A stretch of 53,769 bases of DNA from an uncultured bacterium (GTDB lineage: Bacteria > Fidelibacterota > UBA2242 > JAFGTP01): positions 1-53,769 of the forward strand of contig CAYYMT010000005.1 in assembly GCA_964472715.1 (NCBI GenBank), in the 5' to 3' direction. The translations under genes and the position numbers were made by a program. The notes below the pieces were generated by a model. It was not told the origin of the DNA and did not search any database. It saw only the letters and a program-made list of their open reading frames with translations. Position 1 is the stretch's first letter. Each line of letters opens with the position of its first letter. Shown in pieces: positions 9,864 through 18,764 of this stretch.

Positions 9864-10694
9864 ATGTTTTATAAAGATTTTCAAGCAAAGCGCAAAGAAC
9901 TGGGACTGACAATCGAGCAGGTCGCCCAAAAAATTAAAATTAATCCCGATACCCTGAAAAATATTGAAGCCGGTGAATTTACAAAATTACCCGATATTTA
10001 TGTTCGTTTGTTTATTAAATCCTATGCCCGGGAATTAGGCCTCAATGCCGATGAATACCTGAAAAAATATGAAACCCATACAGGTTCCAAAAAACATGAT
10101 GTCAAGCAGAATATCATAAAACAGAGCCCCAAAGAAGAGGGAAAAGTCGATAAACCTGTTGCCAAAGGTCGCGATAAAGGACGAACAATCACCTTTATCA
10201 TCATATTTGTGCTGATCATTTTTGTGATCATTATTTTGAAACAGGTACTGTCAGAAAATCAGACAGCAATGGTTTCTCCTGTTCACCAGCGCCTGATACA
10301 ACAGCAGGACAGTGTGGCCGGAGCAGAAGCACAACCCATTGAGATTCCTGAAGAAGAGCCGGCAACTGTGGAAACCCAACCGGTCCCTGAATCTCCCGAA
10401 CAGGAACCCACACCGCAACCTGCCGTCATAGATACATCTTCAATGCTTTCGCTGGAAATTGAAATCGCTGATACCTGCTGGGTCAAAATCGTCATTGATG
10501 AAAGCGATACCTCAGAAGCGCTTTTCCGCCCCGGCACAGTCAGGGAATGGCAAGCCAACAGAGTTTTTGACCTGCGCATCGGCCGGCCGGAAGTGGTCAA
10601 ACTGTTTTTGAACGATACTGAACTGGATAGTGTTGATCACGGTATAGCGCCGGCGCGAGTGGTGATCACCGAAGACGGGATCATCAACCGCTGA
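9864..10694 (+). CDS. rodZ: RodZ-like cytoskeleton protein (HTH, TM, P/E/Q-rich linker, DUF4115-like C-terminus)
   Basis: It has an N-terminal XRE-type HTH (LGLTIEQVAQKIKINPDTLKNIEAGEF), one TM segment (ITFIIIFVLIIFVIIIL), a proline/glutamate linker, and a C-terminal beta domain (CWVKIVIDES...RIGRPEVVKLFLN). Confidence 0.7.
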   Translation: MFYKDFQAKRKELGLTIEQVAQKIKINPDTLKNIEAGEFTKLPDIYVRLFIKSYARELGLNADEYLKKYETHTGSKKHDVKQNIIKQSPKEEGKVDKPVAKGRDKGRTITFIIIFVLIIFVIIILKQVLSENQTAMVSPVHQRLIQQQDSVAGAEAQPIEIPEEEPATVETQPVPESPEQEPTPQPAVIDTSSMLSLEIEIADTCWVKIVIDESDTSEALFRPGTVREWQANRVFDLRIGRPEVVKLFLNDTELDSVDHGIAPARVVITEDGIINR

Positions 10695-10724
10695 TCTGAA
10701 AGATCATACTATGCGATAGACTCT

Positions 10725-10754
10725 AACCCGGGCTCCTGTCCGGGTTTTTATTTT
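10725..10754 (+). terminator. Rho-independent terminator after the rodZ-like gene
   Basis: aacccgg-gctcctgt-ccgggtt forms a hairpin followed by tttattttat. Confidence 0.7.
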
Positions 10755-11119
10755 ATCATACCGATCAATTCTGTTTCCCCTTCAGGGAAAATCTTAAGAT
10801 ATCTTCATGGTCATAGGGCTTCATTTCATTTCGCCCTATGTTATGCTCTTTTTCCCCGTTGGGGAAATGATGCTAATAATATCCGGGAATTCACGAAATA
10901 ACCAACATTCCATTGGCCGGCCTGGCAGGAGCGCGGAATTATATCCCGCAGATAGTAAGTTACAGATCGAAAATCCGCGTTCCGGAAAGATAATATATCA
11001 AACCGTGTCATTCTGTGAATCCGTGTACCCAAAATAATTCCCATTGAATTTGACACACCCATTTCCCACTTAAAATCACAAAAAAATTCCGCCCTTCGCA
11101 AATTCCTCATAAATATTTC

Positions 11120-11148
11120 TTGACAAAGAAGAAATAAACCCATAAAAT
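11120..11148 (+). promoter_or_regulatory. Sigma70-type promoter of the dcw cluster (Pmra candidate)
   Basis: TTGACA (11120-11125), an exact 17-nt spacer, then TAAAAT (11143-11148). It lies about 50 nt upstream of the mraZ start. Confidence 0.6.
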
Positions 11149-11197
11149 TGTGGTATAGATTACCATGATTTGACATGAAATCCCATAAAATGACATT

Positions 11198-11659
11198 GTG
11201 CTTAATATGACAAGATTATTTACTGACAATTTTATTCACAAGCTCGACACAAAAAAGCGTGTCAGCATTCCGGCCTCCTTTCGTCAGACCAGTGAGGGCG
11301 AGACTTGCGAATTCGTCATATCAAAAGGGTCTGACACCTGTATTGAAGTCAGGCCGGCCAATGTCTGGGATGAATTCCTGCAAAACATGCTATCAAAATT
11401 ACGATTAACCAATAAAAAGCACAAAGCATATATTCGCGCATATACTCAGGATGCGACCCGTGTAAAATGTGATAAACAGGGACGTATATTAATTCCCCAA
11501 AAGCTCCTGGAGTTTGCCAATATCAAAGACAATGTCAAAATCATAGGCCTGGGGAGCATTTTTGAAATATGGGATATTGATACACTTGAAGCAACGGATT
11601 CTTCGCAGATATCCCCGGATGATGAATATTTTGCAGACGTAGAAGCACAGCTTCAATAA
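11198..11659 (+). CDS. mraZ: Transcriptional regulator MraZ
   Basis: It contains two SpoVT/AbrB-like halves: LDTKKRVSIPASFR and CDKQGRILIPQKLLEFANI. The start is either GTG 11198 or ATG 11207. It is the first gene of the dcw cluster. Confidence 0.9.
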   Translation: MLNMTRLFTDNFIHKLDTKKRVSIPASFRQTSEGETCEFVISKGSDTCIEVRPANVWDEFLQNMLSKLRLTNKKHKAYIRAYTQDATRVKCDKQGRILIPQKLLEFANIKDNVKIIGLGSIFEIWDIDTLEATDSSQISPDDEYFADVEAQLQ

Positions 11660-11674
11660 AAAACAGGGCTCATT

Positions 11675-12598
11675 ATGAAGTTTATCCATGTACCGGTATT
11701 ATTACATGAAAGCATGCACTATCTGATCACTGACAAGTCCGGTGTATATGTCGATTGCACCCTGGGCACCGGAGGACATTTTATTCAAATGGCGGAGGAG
11801 ACAAATGACGAGGCTGTGTTGATCGGCATTGACGCTGATCCGCAAGCCATTGCCCATTGCCGGAATACTATCGATGTCAGGCAAAAGACGCTCTACATCA
11901 ATCAGAATTTTGAACATATTCGCAAATATACTTTTCGCAATGGCTATGTAAAGGTTGACGGCATATTAATGGACCTGGGCATGTCTTCTTTTGCTTTGGA
12001 GGATGAAGAGCGCGGCCTTGCTTTTCGTAAGAATGGTCCTCTGGATATGCGGTTTTCACCTGAAATTGCAAATTCTGCCGCTGATTTTGTCAATCGCGCC
12101 GAAGTGGATGAAATCAAACGAATTCTGTGGCATTACGGCGAGGAAAAAAACGCCGGTAAGATCGCCCGGGAAATCGAAAAAGTTCGCCTGACCACCACAA
12201 TCGAAACCACGGGACAACTGGCGGATATCGTCAAAAAATTTACACCCGAACGCTATCACAATAAGGCGCTGAGCCGTGTATTTCAGGCCATCCGAATTCA
12301 TATTAACAAAGAACTTGATGTCCTGGAAAATGCCCTGAAGCAGACAGTACAAATGTTGAAACCCGGCGGCCGGCTGGTGATAATTTCCTATCACAGCCTG
12401 GAAGACCGCATTGTCAAAAATTTTATTAAAGAACAGACCACCGAATGCATCTGTCCGCCGGAATTCCCTATTTGTAATTGTGGTCATAAAGCGACTTTTA
12501 AAAAAGTCACCAAAAAAATTGTGCTCCCTGATGAGGAAGAATTAAAAATCAATAATCGTGCAAGAAGCGCCAAACTTCGCGCTGTGGAGCGATTATGA
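11675..12598 (+). CDS. rsmH: 16S rRNA (cytosine1402-N4)-methyltransferase RsmH
   Basis: HVPVLLHE, YVDCTLGTGGH, GILMDLGMSS, ISYHSLEDRIVK and NNRARSAKLR are RsmH/MraW signatures. Confidence 0.95.
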   Translation: MKFIHVPVLLHESMHYLITDKSGVYVDCTLGTGGHFIQMAEETNDEAVLIGIDADPQAIAHCRNTIDVRQKTLYINQNFEHIRKYTFRNGYVKVDGILMDLGMSSFALEDEERGLAFRKNGPLDMRFSPEIANSAADFVNRAEVDEIKRILWHYGEEKNAGKIAREIEKVRLTTTIETTGQLADIVKKFTPERYHNKALSRVFQAIRIHINKELDVLENALKQTVQMLKPGGRLVIISYHSLEDRIVKNFIKEQTTECICPPEFPICNCGHKATFKKVTKKIVLPDEEELKINNRARSAKLRAVERL

Positions 12599-12870
12599 GC
12601 AGAAAAATGAAACTGACAGTGTTGGCCTTGCTCTTGATTTTATCCTGTGTGCTTTATATTTGGAAAAAAAATAAAATCGATCTTATGGTTGATGATTTAA
12701 ATTTATTACAACGCAAAGAGCGGGAACTGAAAGCCCAAACCAGAGAAATAGAAATTGAGATCGAACGATTGTCACGCTCCGAACGGATCAAGCGTATTGC
12801 TACTGATGAACTGAATATGCACTCACCGGACCCGGAAACTTTAACTGTAAAATTAGATGAAGAAATATGA
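12595..12870 (+). CDS. ftsL: Cell division protein FtsL-like
   Basis: 91 aa with an N-terminal TM segment followed by a coiled coil. It sits in the conserved slot between rsmH and ftsI, with ATGA overlaps on both sides. Confidence 0.7.
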   Translation: MSRKMKLTVLALLLILSCVLYIWKKNKIDLMVDDLNLLQRKERELKAQTREIEIEIERLSRSERIKRIATDELNMHSPDPETLTVKLDEEI

Positions 12871-14840
12871 AAGACACACTGCGCCATATTAAATACAAGT
12901 CCCTGGGAATTTCCCTGATCTTCCTCTTATTCTGGGGAGCGATCGTGCTGCGGTTATTTTCCATTCAGGTGAAAAATAATGAAACCTATCGTAATTACTC
13001 CCTCAACATGTCCCACAAGAAAAAAGAGATTCCGGCACAGCGGGGCCTGATACTGGACCGGAAGGGCAAGGGATTGGCGATCAATATCAAAAATTATGCA
13101 TTGGCTGTTCATCCGGACTATATTGACAATAAACAGCAAATGGCGCGCAAGTTCTCAAAATTTCTCAATATACCATACACGGGTTTGCTGAATAAATTTA
13201 ACGCTACTGATTCATTTGTCTGGATTGACAGGAATATTTCTTCGGAAGCCGCGGACTCCATCAAACATTATTACGGAATTCATCGCGCCATCTACCTGGA
13301 AGAGAAAATCAAACGTCAATATCCTTACAATGACCTGGCCGGCCAAACTCTCGGTTTCACCGATGTTGATAATGTGGGGCTGGAAGGACTGGAAAAAGCC
13401 CTTAATGATCAGTTATCCGGTGTTCCCGGACATCGTATCTATTTTCGCACCGGCAAAGGAAACTATGAGCCCCGTCCCAACTTACCTTACAAAGCCCCTG
13501 AAAATGGTAAGAATATTGAGTTGACGATCGATATTGAATATCAGAATATTCTGCATGAAGAAATTTTAACGGTTCTTCAAAAATATAATGCTGACAAAGC
13601 CATGGGAATTCTGATCGATCCCAATTCCGGTGAAATACTCGCCATGGCATCAGCACCGGTGATTGACCCCAATAATTACGCATCCTATCCCAGGGAAAAC
13701 CGGAAAAATATACTGGTCACCGATGTTTTCGAGCCGGGCTCCACATTCAAGATCATTACGGCGGCGGCTGCTCTGGAAGAAGGCGCCGTCACTCCCGGTG
13801 ATACCATTGATACCGACAAAGGGTATATTGTTATTCAGCGACGAACCATTCATGACCACGAAACCCTGCCTGATATGACCTTCAGTGATGTTATCCGTCA
13901 CAGCAGCAACGTCGGTATTATCCGGGTGGCGCAAAAGATGGGCAACCGCTCGCTGTTTCATTATGTCAGAAAGTTCGGATTCGGGTCACAGTCAAATATC
14001 AAAATGCCCGGCGAAGTCAATGGCATTATGAAAAATATCGACGGCTGGACACCTTTGCGAACCGCCCAGATTTCCATGGGACAGGGCATCAGCTGCACAG
14101 CGATTCAACTGGTCTACGCCTATGCCGCGATTGCCAATGGCGGGCTTTTACTGCGTCCGCAAATCGTTAAGACAATTACCGACAATACCGGTGAACTTTT
14201 GCTAGAAAATCGCAAAACGGTGATTCGCCGCGTTGCCTCTCCGCAAACAACTTCCACAATACGCGATCTTCTACTGAACACTGTGGAAACCGGCACCGGC
14301 AGGAAAGCCAATGTGCGGGGTATGGATATCGCCGGAAAAACCGGCACTGCTCAAAAGATCAAACCTGAAGGCGGCTATAGTAAAACCGATTACATTGCTT
14401 CGTTTGTGGGCTTTTTTCCCGCCCGCAACCCGAAACTGCTCTGCGCCGTCATTGTGGATAATCCCAGAGGCGGCATCTATTACGGCGGCACAGTCTCGGC
14501 GCCGGTGGTAAAAAATGTATTTAAACGGATCGTTAATATGTCCGAAGACCTCTTTTTTGAAGATATGCTGGCGCCGCAAAATAAAGAAGCCGAAGATAGT
14601 ATCACCGAACCGGAACGAACTGTCATTTTTACCGGAAATATCACCGGTAGTTCCGCTGCTAATTTTCCCATGCCCGATCTGATTGGAATGAGTTCTATGA
14701 AAGCAATTCAGTTCTGTAATGCCCGTGGCTTAAAATTAAAACTGGAAGGGTCGGGGAAAGTTGTCGCTCAGCAGCCGCCGCGCGGCAAAATTGTCAGCAA
14801 AGGCGAGGTTTGCCATGTAACCCTTTCGATAAAAGGATAA
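12867..14840 (+). CDS. ftsI: Class B penicillin-binding protein / peptidoglycan D,D-transpeptidase FtsI with a C-terminal PASTA domain
   Basis: 657 aa with an STFK active-site motif (EPGSTFKIITAA), SSN (HSSNVG) and KTGT (AGKTGTAQ). A C-terminal PASTA-like segment reads MPDLIGMSSMKAIQFCNARGLKLKLEGSGKVVAQQP. Confidence 0.9.
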   Translation: MKDTLRHIKYKSLGISLIFLLFWGAIVLRLFSIQVKNNETYRNYSLNMSHKKKEIPAQRGLILDRKGKGLAINIKNYALAVHPDYIDNKQQMARKFSKFLNIPYTGLLNKFNATDSFVWIDRNISSEAADSIKHYYGIHRAIYLEEKIKRQYPYNDLAGQTLGFTDVDNVGLEGLEKALNDQLSGVPGHRIYFRTGKGNYEPRPNLPYKAPENGKNIELTIDIEYQNILHEEILTVLQKYNADKAMGILIDPNSGEILAMASAPVIDPNNYASYPRENRKNILVTDVFEPGSTFKIITAAAALEEGAVTPGDTIDTDKGYIVIQRRTIHDHETLPDMTFSDVIRHSSNVGIIRVAQKMGNRSLFHYVRKFGFGSQSNIKMPGEVNGIMKNIDGWTPLRTAQISMGQGISCTAIQLVYAYAAIANGGLLLRPQIVKTITDNTGELLLENRKTVIRRVASPQTTSTIRDLLLNTVETGTGRKANVRGMDIAGKTGTAQKIKPEGGYSKTDYIASFVGFFPARNPKLLCAVIVDNPRGGIYYGGTVSAPVVKNVFKRIVNMSEDLFFEDMLAPQNKEAEDSITEPERTVIFTGNITGSSAANFPMPDLIGMSSMKAIQFCNARGLKLKLEGSGKVVAQQPPRGKIVSKGEVCHVTLSIKG

Positions 14841-14847
14841 ACCAAAG

Positions 14848-16308
14848 ATGAATCAAAGCATAAAAAATTTACTGGGAAATATTGATTATGAAGTAAGTGG
14901 AGAGTTACCGGAATCCATTAATAAAATCAAATCGGATTCCAGATTGGTTGAAAAGGGTGACCTGTTTGTGGCGATCAAGGGCCTGAATTTTGACGGTCAC
15001 ACCTTTCTACCAATCATTGCCAAGTCCGGGGCGTCAGTGGCGGTTGTAGAGCGATTTAATGATGAAATTAATCTGCCCCAGGTCAAAGTTGCCAACAGTA
15101 AAGAAGCCCTGCTGAAAATCGCCAATAATTTTTATGAACAACCGACTGATGATATGACTGTCATCGGCGTGACCGGCACCAATGGAAAAACCACCACCAC
15201 CTATCTCATCCAGAAAATATTAATGCACACCGGTCACAATGGGGGAATCATCGGCACTTACGGGTATACCATCAATAACAAAACCATTGAAACCAATTTT
15301 ACTACACCGGACATCATACAATTATTTGATATTCTGTATCAAATGAAACAACAAGGCGTGGAATATGTGATTATGGAAGTGTCTTCCCATGCAATTGCCA
15401 TGCAGCGCATTGATAAAGTCAAATTTGACGGCGCCGTATTTACCAACATATCCCGCGACCATCTGGATTTTCACAAGACGCTTGATAAGTATGCCGCGGC
15501 CAAGGCAAAACTTTTTGAGATGTTGCCACATTCCGGATTTGCATTGATCAACCAGGAAGATGATTACGCGCCGATGATTTTAAAAAAATCCAAAGCCAGG
15601 AACCTGACCTATTCTGTTCAGGGGCCCGCCGATTATTATTTTTCCGGTGATACGACTTTTAAAAATGGCATTCAGGGAAGACTTTTTTTTCATGAAAAAA
15701 TATATGATTTCAGCAGCCTCCTTTCCGGTACCTTTAATATGAATAATTTGCTGGCAGCAATTGGCGTTTGTCATAACCTCAACATTCCCATGGTATACAT
15801 TTTAAATGCATTGCGGGATATCGCCCCGCCACCGGGACGACTGGAGGAAGTCAGTGAAGCGGGACATGCCCGGGTATTTATCGACTATGCCCACACCCCG
15901 GATGCCATAGAGAACGCCCTCAGGACGCTGAAAAATATTGTTCCGGAAAAAGGACAGCTGATTTCAATTTTTGGGTGCGGCGGTAATCGTGATCAAACCA
16001 AGCGGCCGCTGATGGCAAAAGCTTCCGAAAAATACGCCGACTTGTCAATCCTCACCACTGACAATCCCAGATTTGAAGTCCCCCAGGCAATCATTAATGA
16101 GGCCAAAAAAGGTTTTTCTTCACCGGAAACATATCGGATCATTACTGACCGGGCCGAAGCAATCCGCTCCGCCTTGTCCCTGTCAAAAAAGGAAGATATT
16201 ATCGCTATTCTTGGCAAAGGCCATGAAACCTACCAGGATATTGAGGGAGATAAATTTAATTTTGACGATAAAGCAATTGTGAGGGAATTTTTTAATGAAA
16301 ATAAGTAA
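14848..16308 (+). CDS. murE: UDP-MurNAc-L-Ala-D-Glu:meso-diaminopimelate ligase
   Basis: It has the GVTGTNGKTTTTYL P-loop, and the DNPR motif (TTDNPRFE) indicates DAP specificity. Confidence 0.95.
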   Translation: MNQSIKNLLGNIDYEVSGELPESINKIKSDSRLVEKGDLFVAIKGLNFDGHTFLPIIAKSGASVAVVERFNDEINLPQVKVANSKEALLKIANNFYEQPTDDMTVIGVTGTNGKTTTTYLIQKILMHTGHNGGIIGTYGYTINNKTIETNFTTPDIIQLFDILYQMKQQGVEYVIMEVSSHAIAMQRIDKVKFDGAVFTNISRDHLDFHKTLDKYAAAKAKLFEMLPHSGFALINQEDDYAPMILKKSKARNLTYSVQGPADYYFSGDTTFKNGIQGRLFFHEKIYDFSSLLSGTFNMNNLLAAIGVCHNLNIPMVYILNALRDIAPPPGRLEEVSEAGHARVFIDYAHTPDAIENALRTLKNIVPEKGQLISIFGCGGNRDQTKRPLMAKASEKYADLSILTTDNPRFEVPQAIINEAKKGFSSPETYRIITDRAEAIRSALSLSKKEDIIAILGKGHETYQDIEGDKFNFDDKAIVREFFNENK

Positions 16309-17659
16309 AGACATACTGCAATCCCTTAAATACGGAACACTGCAACACATTCCTGAAACATTCAATACGGCATCTGTAATTGACAGCCGCCAACTGAAAC
16401 CGGGAATGCTCTTCTTCGCATTAAAGGGGGAAAATACCGACGGCCATAATTATGTGGAGAGAAGCCAGGAGAAAAAACCTGCTTTTTGCGTAGTGGAAGA
16501 ACAATGGGTTGACAAGCAGACCGGTAATATTCAAAATCTGCCACTATGGATCGTGAAAAACAGCGAAAAAGCCCTGCAGCTATTAGCCAGGAAAATTCGC
16601 GAAATAACAAATATTCCGGTGCTGGCTCTCACCGGTACCAATGGCAAAACCAGCACCCGCTCAATGATCACTGAAGTACTCAGCAAAAAATTTAATGTGC
16701 TGGCAACAATCGGAAATCTCAACAATCATCTGGGATTGCCCTTAAGTTTATTGAGAATAGAGGAACACCATAATTTTGCCGTTCTGGAAATGGGGACCAA
16801 TCATTTCGGAGAAATTGAACTGCTGTGCAATATCGCGAAACCGAATTATGGTCTGATCACCAATATCGGCCGGGGGCATACGGAATTTCTGGAAAGCCCG
16901 GCCGGTGTCGCCAAAGCCAAATCGGAATTATTTAATTCATTACCCAAAGAGGGAATAGTATTCATCAATGCCGATGATCACTATATTCCCGCCATGACAT
17001 CTCCCGCGGAAACCAGAATCACATACAGCATGAAATCAGAAACAACCGACCATTCCGGTAAAATTGAAACAATTGACAAACTGGGCTGCGCAACACTTGT
17101 CGCCGATGGAAAGACGACAATAAAATTAAAAATTCCCGGTGTTTATCAGGCTTTCAACGCCCTGGTCGCTTATACAGTCGGACACCATTTTGGCATTGCG
17201 CAGGATCAAATAAAAACAGCCCTGGAAGAATACTCCGGCGTCCCCAATCGACTGGGCATTAAGAAAAAACGATGCACAGTGATAGATGATACCTATAATG
17301 CCAATCCCGAATCAACCCTGGGTGCGGTCAAAACCCTGGCCGATTTAAAAACCGCCGGTAAAAAATATTTTATACTCGGCGATATGCTGGAGTTAGGCGA
17401 GAATAAGGAACTCTATCATACTGAGATCGGTGAACAAATTGCCCAAACCGATATTGATTATCTCTATTGCCACGGCCAATTGAGCTATTATACCATTGCC
17501 GGCGCGAAAAAAGCTGGCCATACCCGGGCAGTTCACTTTTTGACCAAGCAGGAGATCATTGATCTGCTCAATAAAAATTTAACTTCCGACGATGTGGTGC
17601 TTCTGAAAGGTTCCAGGGGATCCAAAATGGAGGAAATAATAGAAGGGATGAAGGAATAG
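16295..17659 (+). CDS. murF: UDP-MurNAc-tripeptide:D-Ala-D-Ala ligase
   Basis: It has the LTGTNGKTSTRSMI P-loop, a YNANPES motif, and the expected position in the dcw cluster. Confidence 0.95.
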   Translation: MKISKDILQSLKYGTLQHIPETFNTASVIDSRQLKPGMLFFALKGENTDGHNYVERSQEKKPAFCVVEEQWVDKQTGNIQNLPLWIVKNSEKALQLLARKIREITNIPVLALTGTNGKTSTRSMITEVLSKKFNVLATIGNLNNHLGLPLSLLRIEEHHNFAVLEMGTNHFGEIELLCNIAKPNYGLITNIGRGHTEFLESPAGVAKAKSELFNSLPKEGIVFINADDHYIPAMTSPAETRITYSMKSETTDHSGKIETIDKLGCATLVADGKTTIKLKIPGVYQAFNALVAYTVGHHFGIAQDQIKTALEEYSGVPNRLGIKKKRCTVIDDTYNANPESTLGAVKTLADLKTAGKKYFILGDMLELGENKELYHTEIGEQIAQTDIDYLYCHGQLSYYTIAGAKKAGHTRAVHFLTKQEIIDLLNKNLTSDDVVLLKGSRGSKMEEIIEGMKE

Positions 17660-17660
17660 A

Positions 17661-18764
17661 ATGTTTTATCATTTTTTATATCCGCTCAAAGAGATTTTCT
17701 CGGGATTCAATATTTTTCAGTACATAACCGTGCGGGCGGCAGGCGCGGCCGTGACCTCGATGCTGATCAGCTTTTTTATCGGTCCCCTTTTGATCAACAA
17801 ACTGAAGATGAAACAAATCGGTGAGTTGATCCGCACCGAAGGACCAAAATCTCATCTGTCAAAAAAGGGCACCCCAACTATGGGTGGATTGATCATTCTG
17901 TTTTCAACGCTTTTCCCGGTTTTGCTGTGGGCGGATTTGAACAATGTTTACATGCAGATCATCCTTTTCGCCACCATATGGATGTCCACAATTGGTTTTG
18001 TCGACGATTATCTGAAAGTGATCAAAAAATATAAAAAAGGCCTGATCGCGAAATACAAAATGGCGGGACAAATTTCACTGGGATTGATCATCGGCACTTA
18101 TATTTATTTTTCGCCGCAATTTGCCGAGATCAACACTCTGATTTCCATTCCTTTTTTAAAAAATGTGGAAGTGAATCTGGGGATTTTCTATATCCCCTTT
18201 GTCATTTTTGTGGTTACCGGTACTTCCAATGCGGTTAATTTAACCGACGGCCTGGACGGACTGGCTGCCGGCCTCATGGGTATTGCGGCAATGGCCCTGG
18301 CCGTGATCAGTTATGTTTCCGGACGCATTGATTTTAGCCAATATCTGAATACGATTTATCTTCCCGGTTCCGGTGAACTGGCGGTCTATTGTCTGGCATT
18401 GGTGGGTGGATTGCTGGGATTCCTGTGGTACAATTCTCACCCGGCCCAGGTTTTTATGGGCGATACCGGTTCCCTTGGAATGGGCGGCGCCCTGGGCACA
18501 CTGGCAATCCTATTACGGAAGGAAATTTTGTTTGCGCTGCTGGGCGGAATATTTGTAGCCGAAGCGCTTTCAGTAATGATACAAGTCGGTTATTACAGAT
18601 ATACCAAGAAAAAATATGGTGAAGGCCGCCGTGTATTCAAAATGGCGCCTATACATCACCATTATGAAATGAAAGGAATGAAAGAAACTAAAATCGTTAC
18701 CCGGTTCTGGATCATCGGAATATTACTGGCGCTCCTGAGCCTGAGTAGTTTTAAAATTTTATGA
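17661..18764 (+). CDS. mraY: Phospho-N-acetylmuramoyl-pentapeptide transferase
   Basis: A multi-TM protein with KKGTPTMGG, VDDYLK, NAVNLTDGLDGLA, VFMGDTGSL and APIHHHYE motifs. Confidence 0.97.
   Translation: MFYHFLYPLKEIFSGFNIFQYITVRAAGAAVTSMLISFFIGPLLINKLKMKQIGELIRTEGPKSHLSKKGTPTMGGLIILFSTLFPVLLWADLNNVYMQIILFATIWMSTIGFVDDYLKVIKKYKKGLIAKYKMAGQISLGLIIGTYIYFSPQFAEINTLISIPFLKNVEVNLGIFYIPFVIFVVTGTSNAVNLTDGLDGLAAGLMGIAAMALAVISYVSGRIDFSQYLNTIYLPGSGELAVYCLALVGGLLGFLWYNSHPAQVFMGDTGSLGMGGALGTLAILLRKEILFALLGGIFVAEALSVMIQVGYYRYTKKKYGEGRRVFKMAPIHHHYEMKGMKETKIVTRFWIIGILLALLSLSSFKIL

Noticed and set aside
10807-11176. ORFs 10807-11037 (+) and 10841-11176 (-) in the mraZ upstream region
   Set aside because: They overlap each other on opposite strands. 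Neither has an RBS or a recognisable family, and their translations are dominated by hairpin and promoter sequence.
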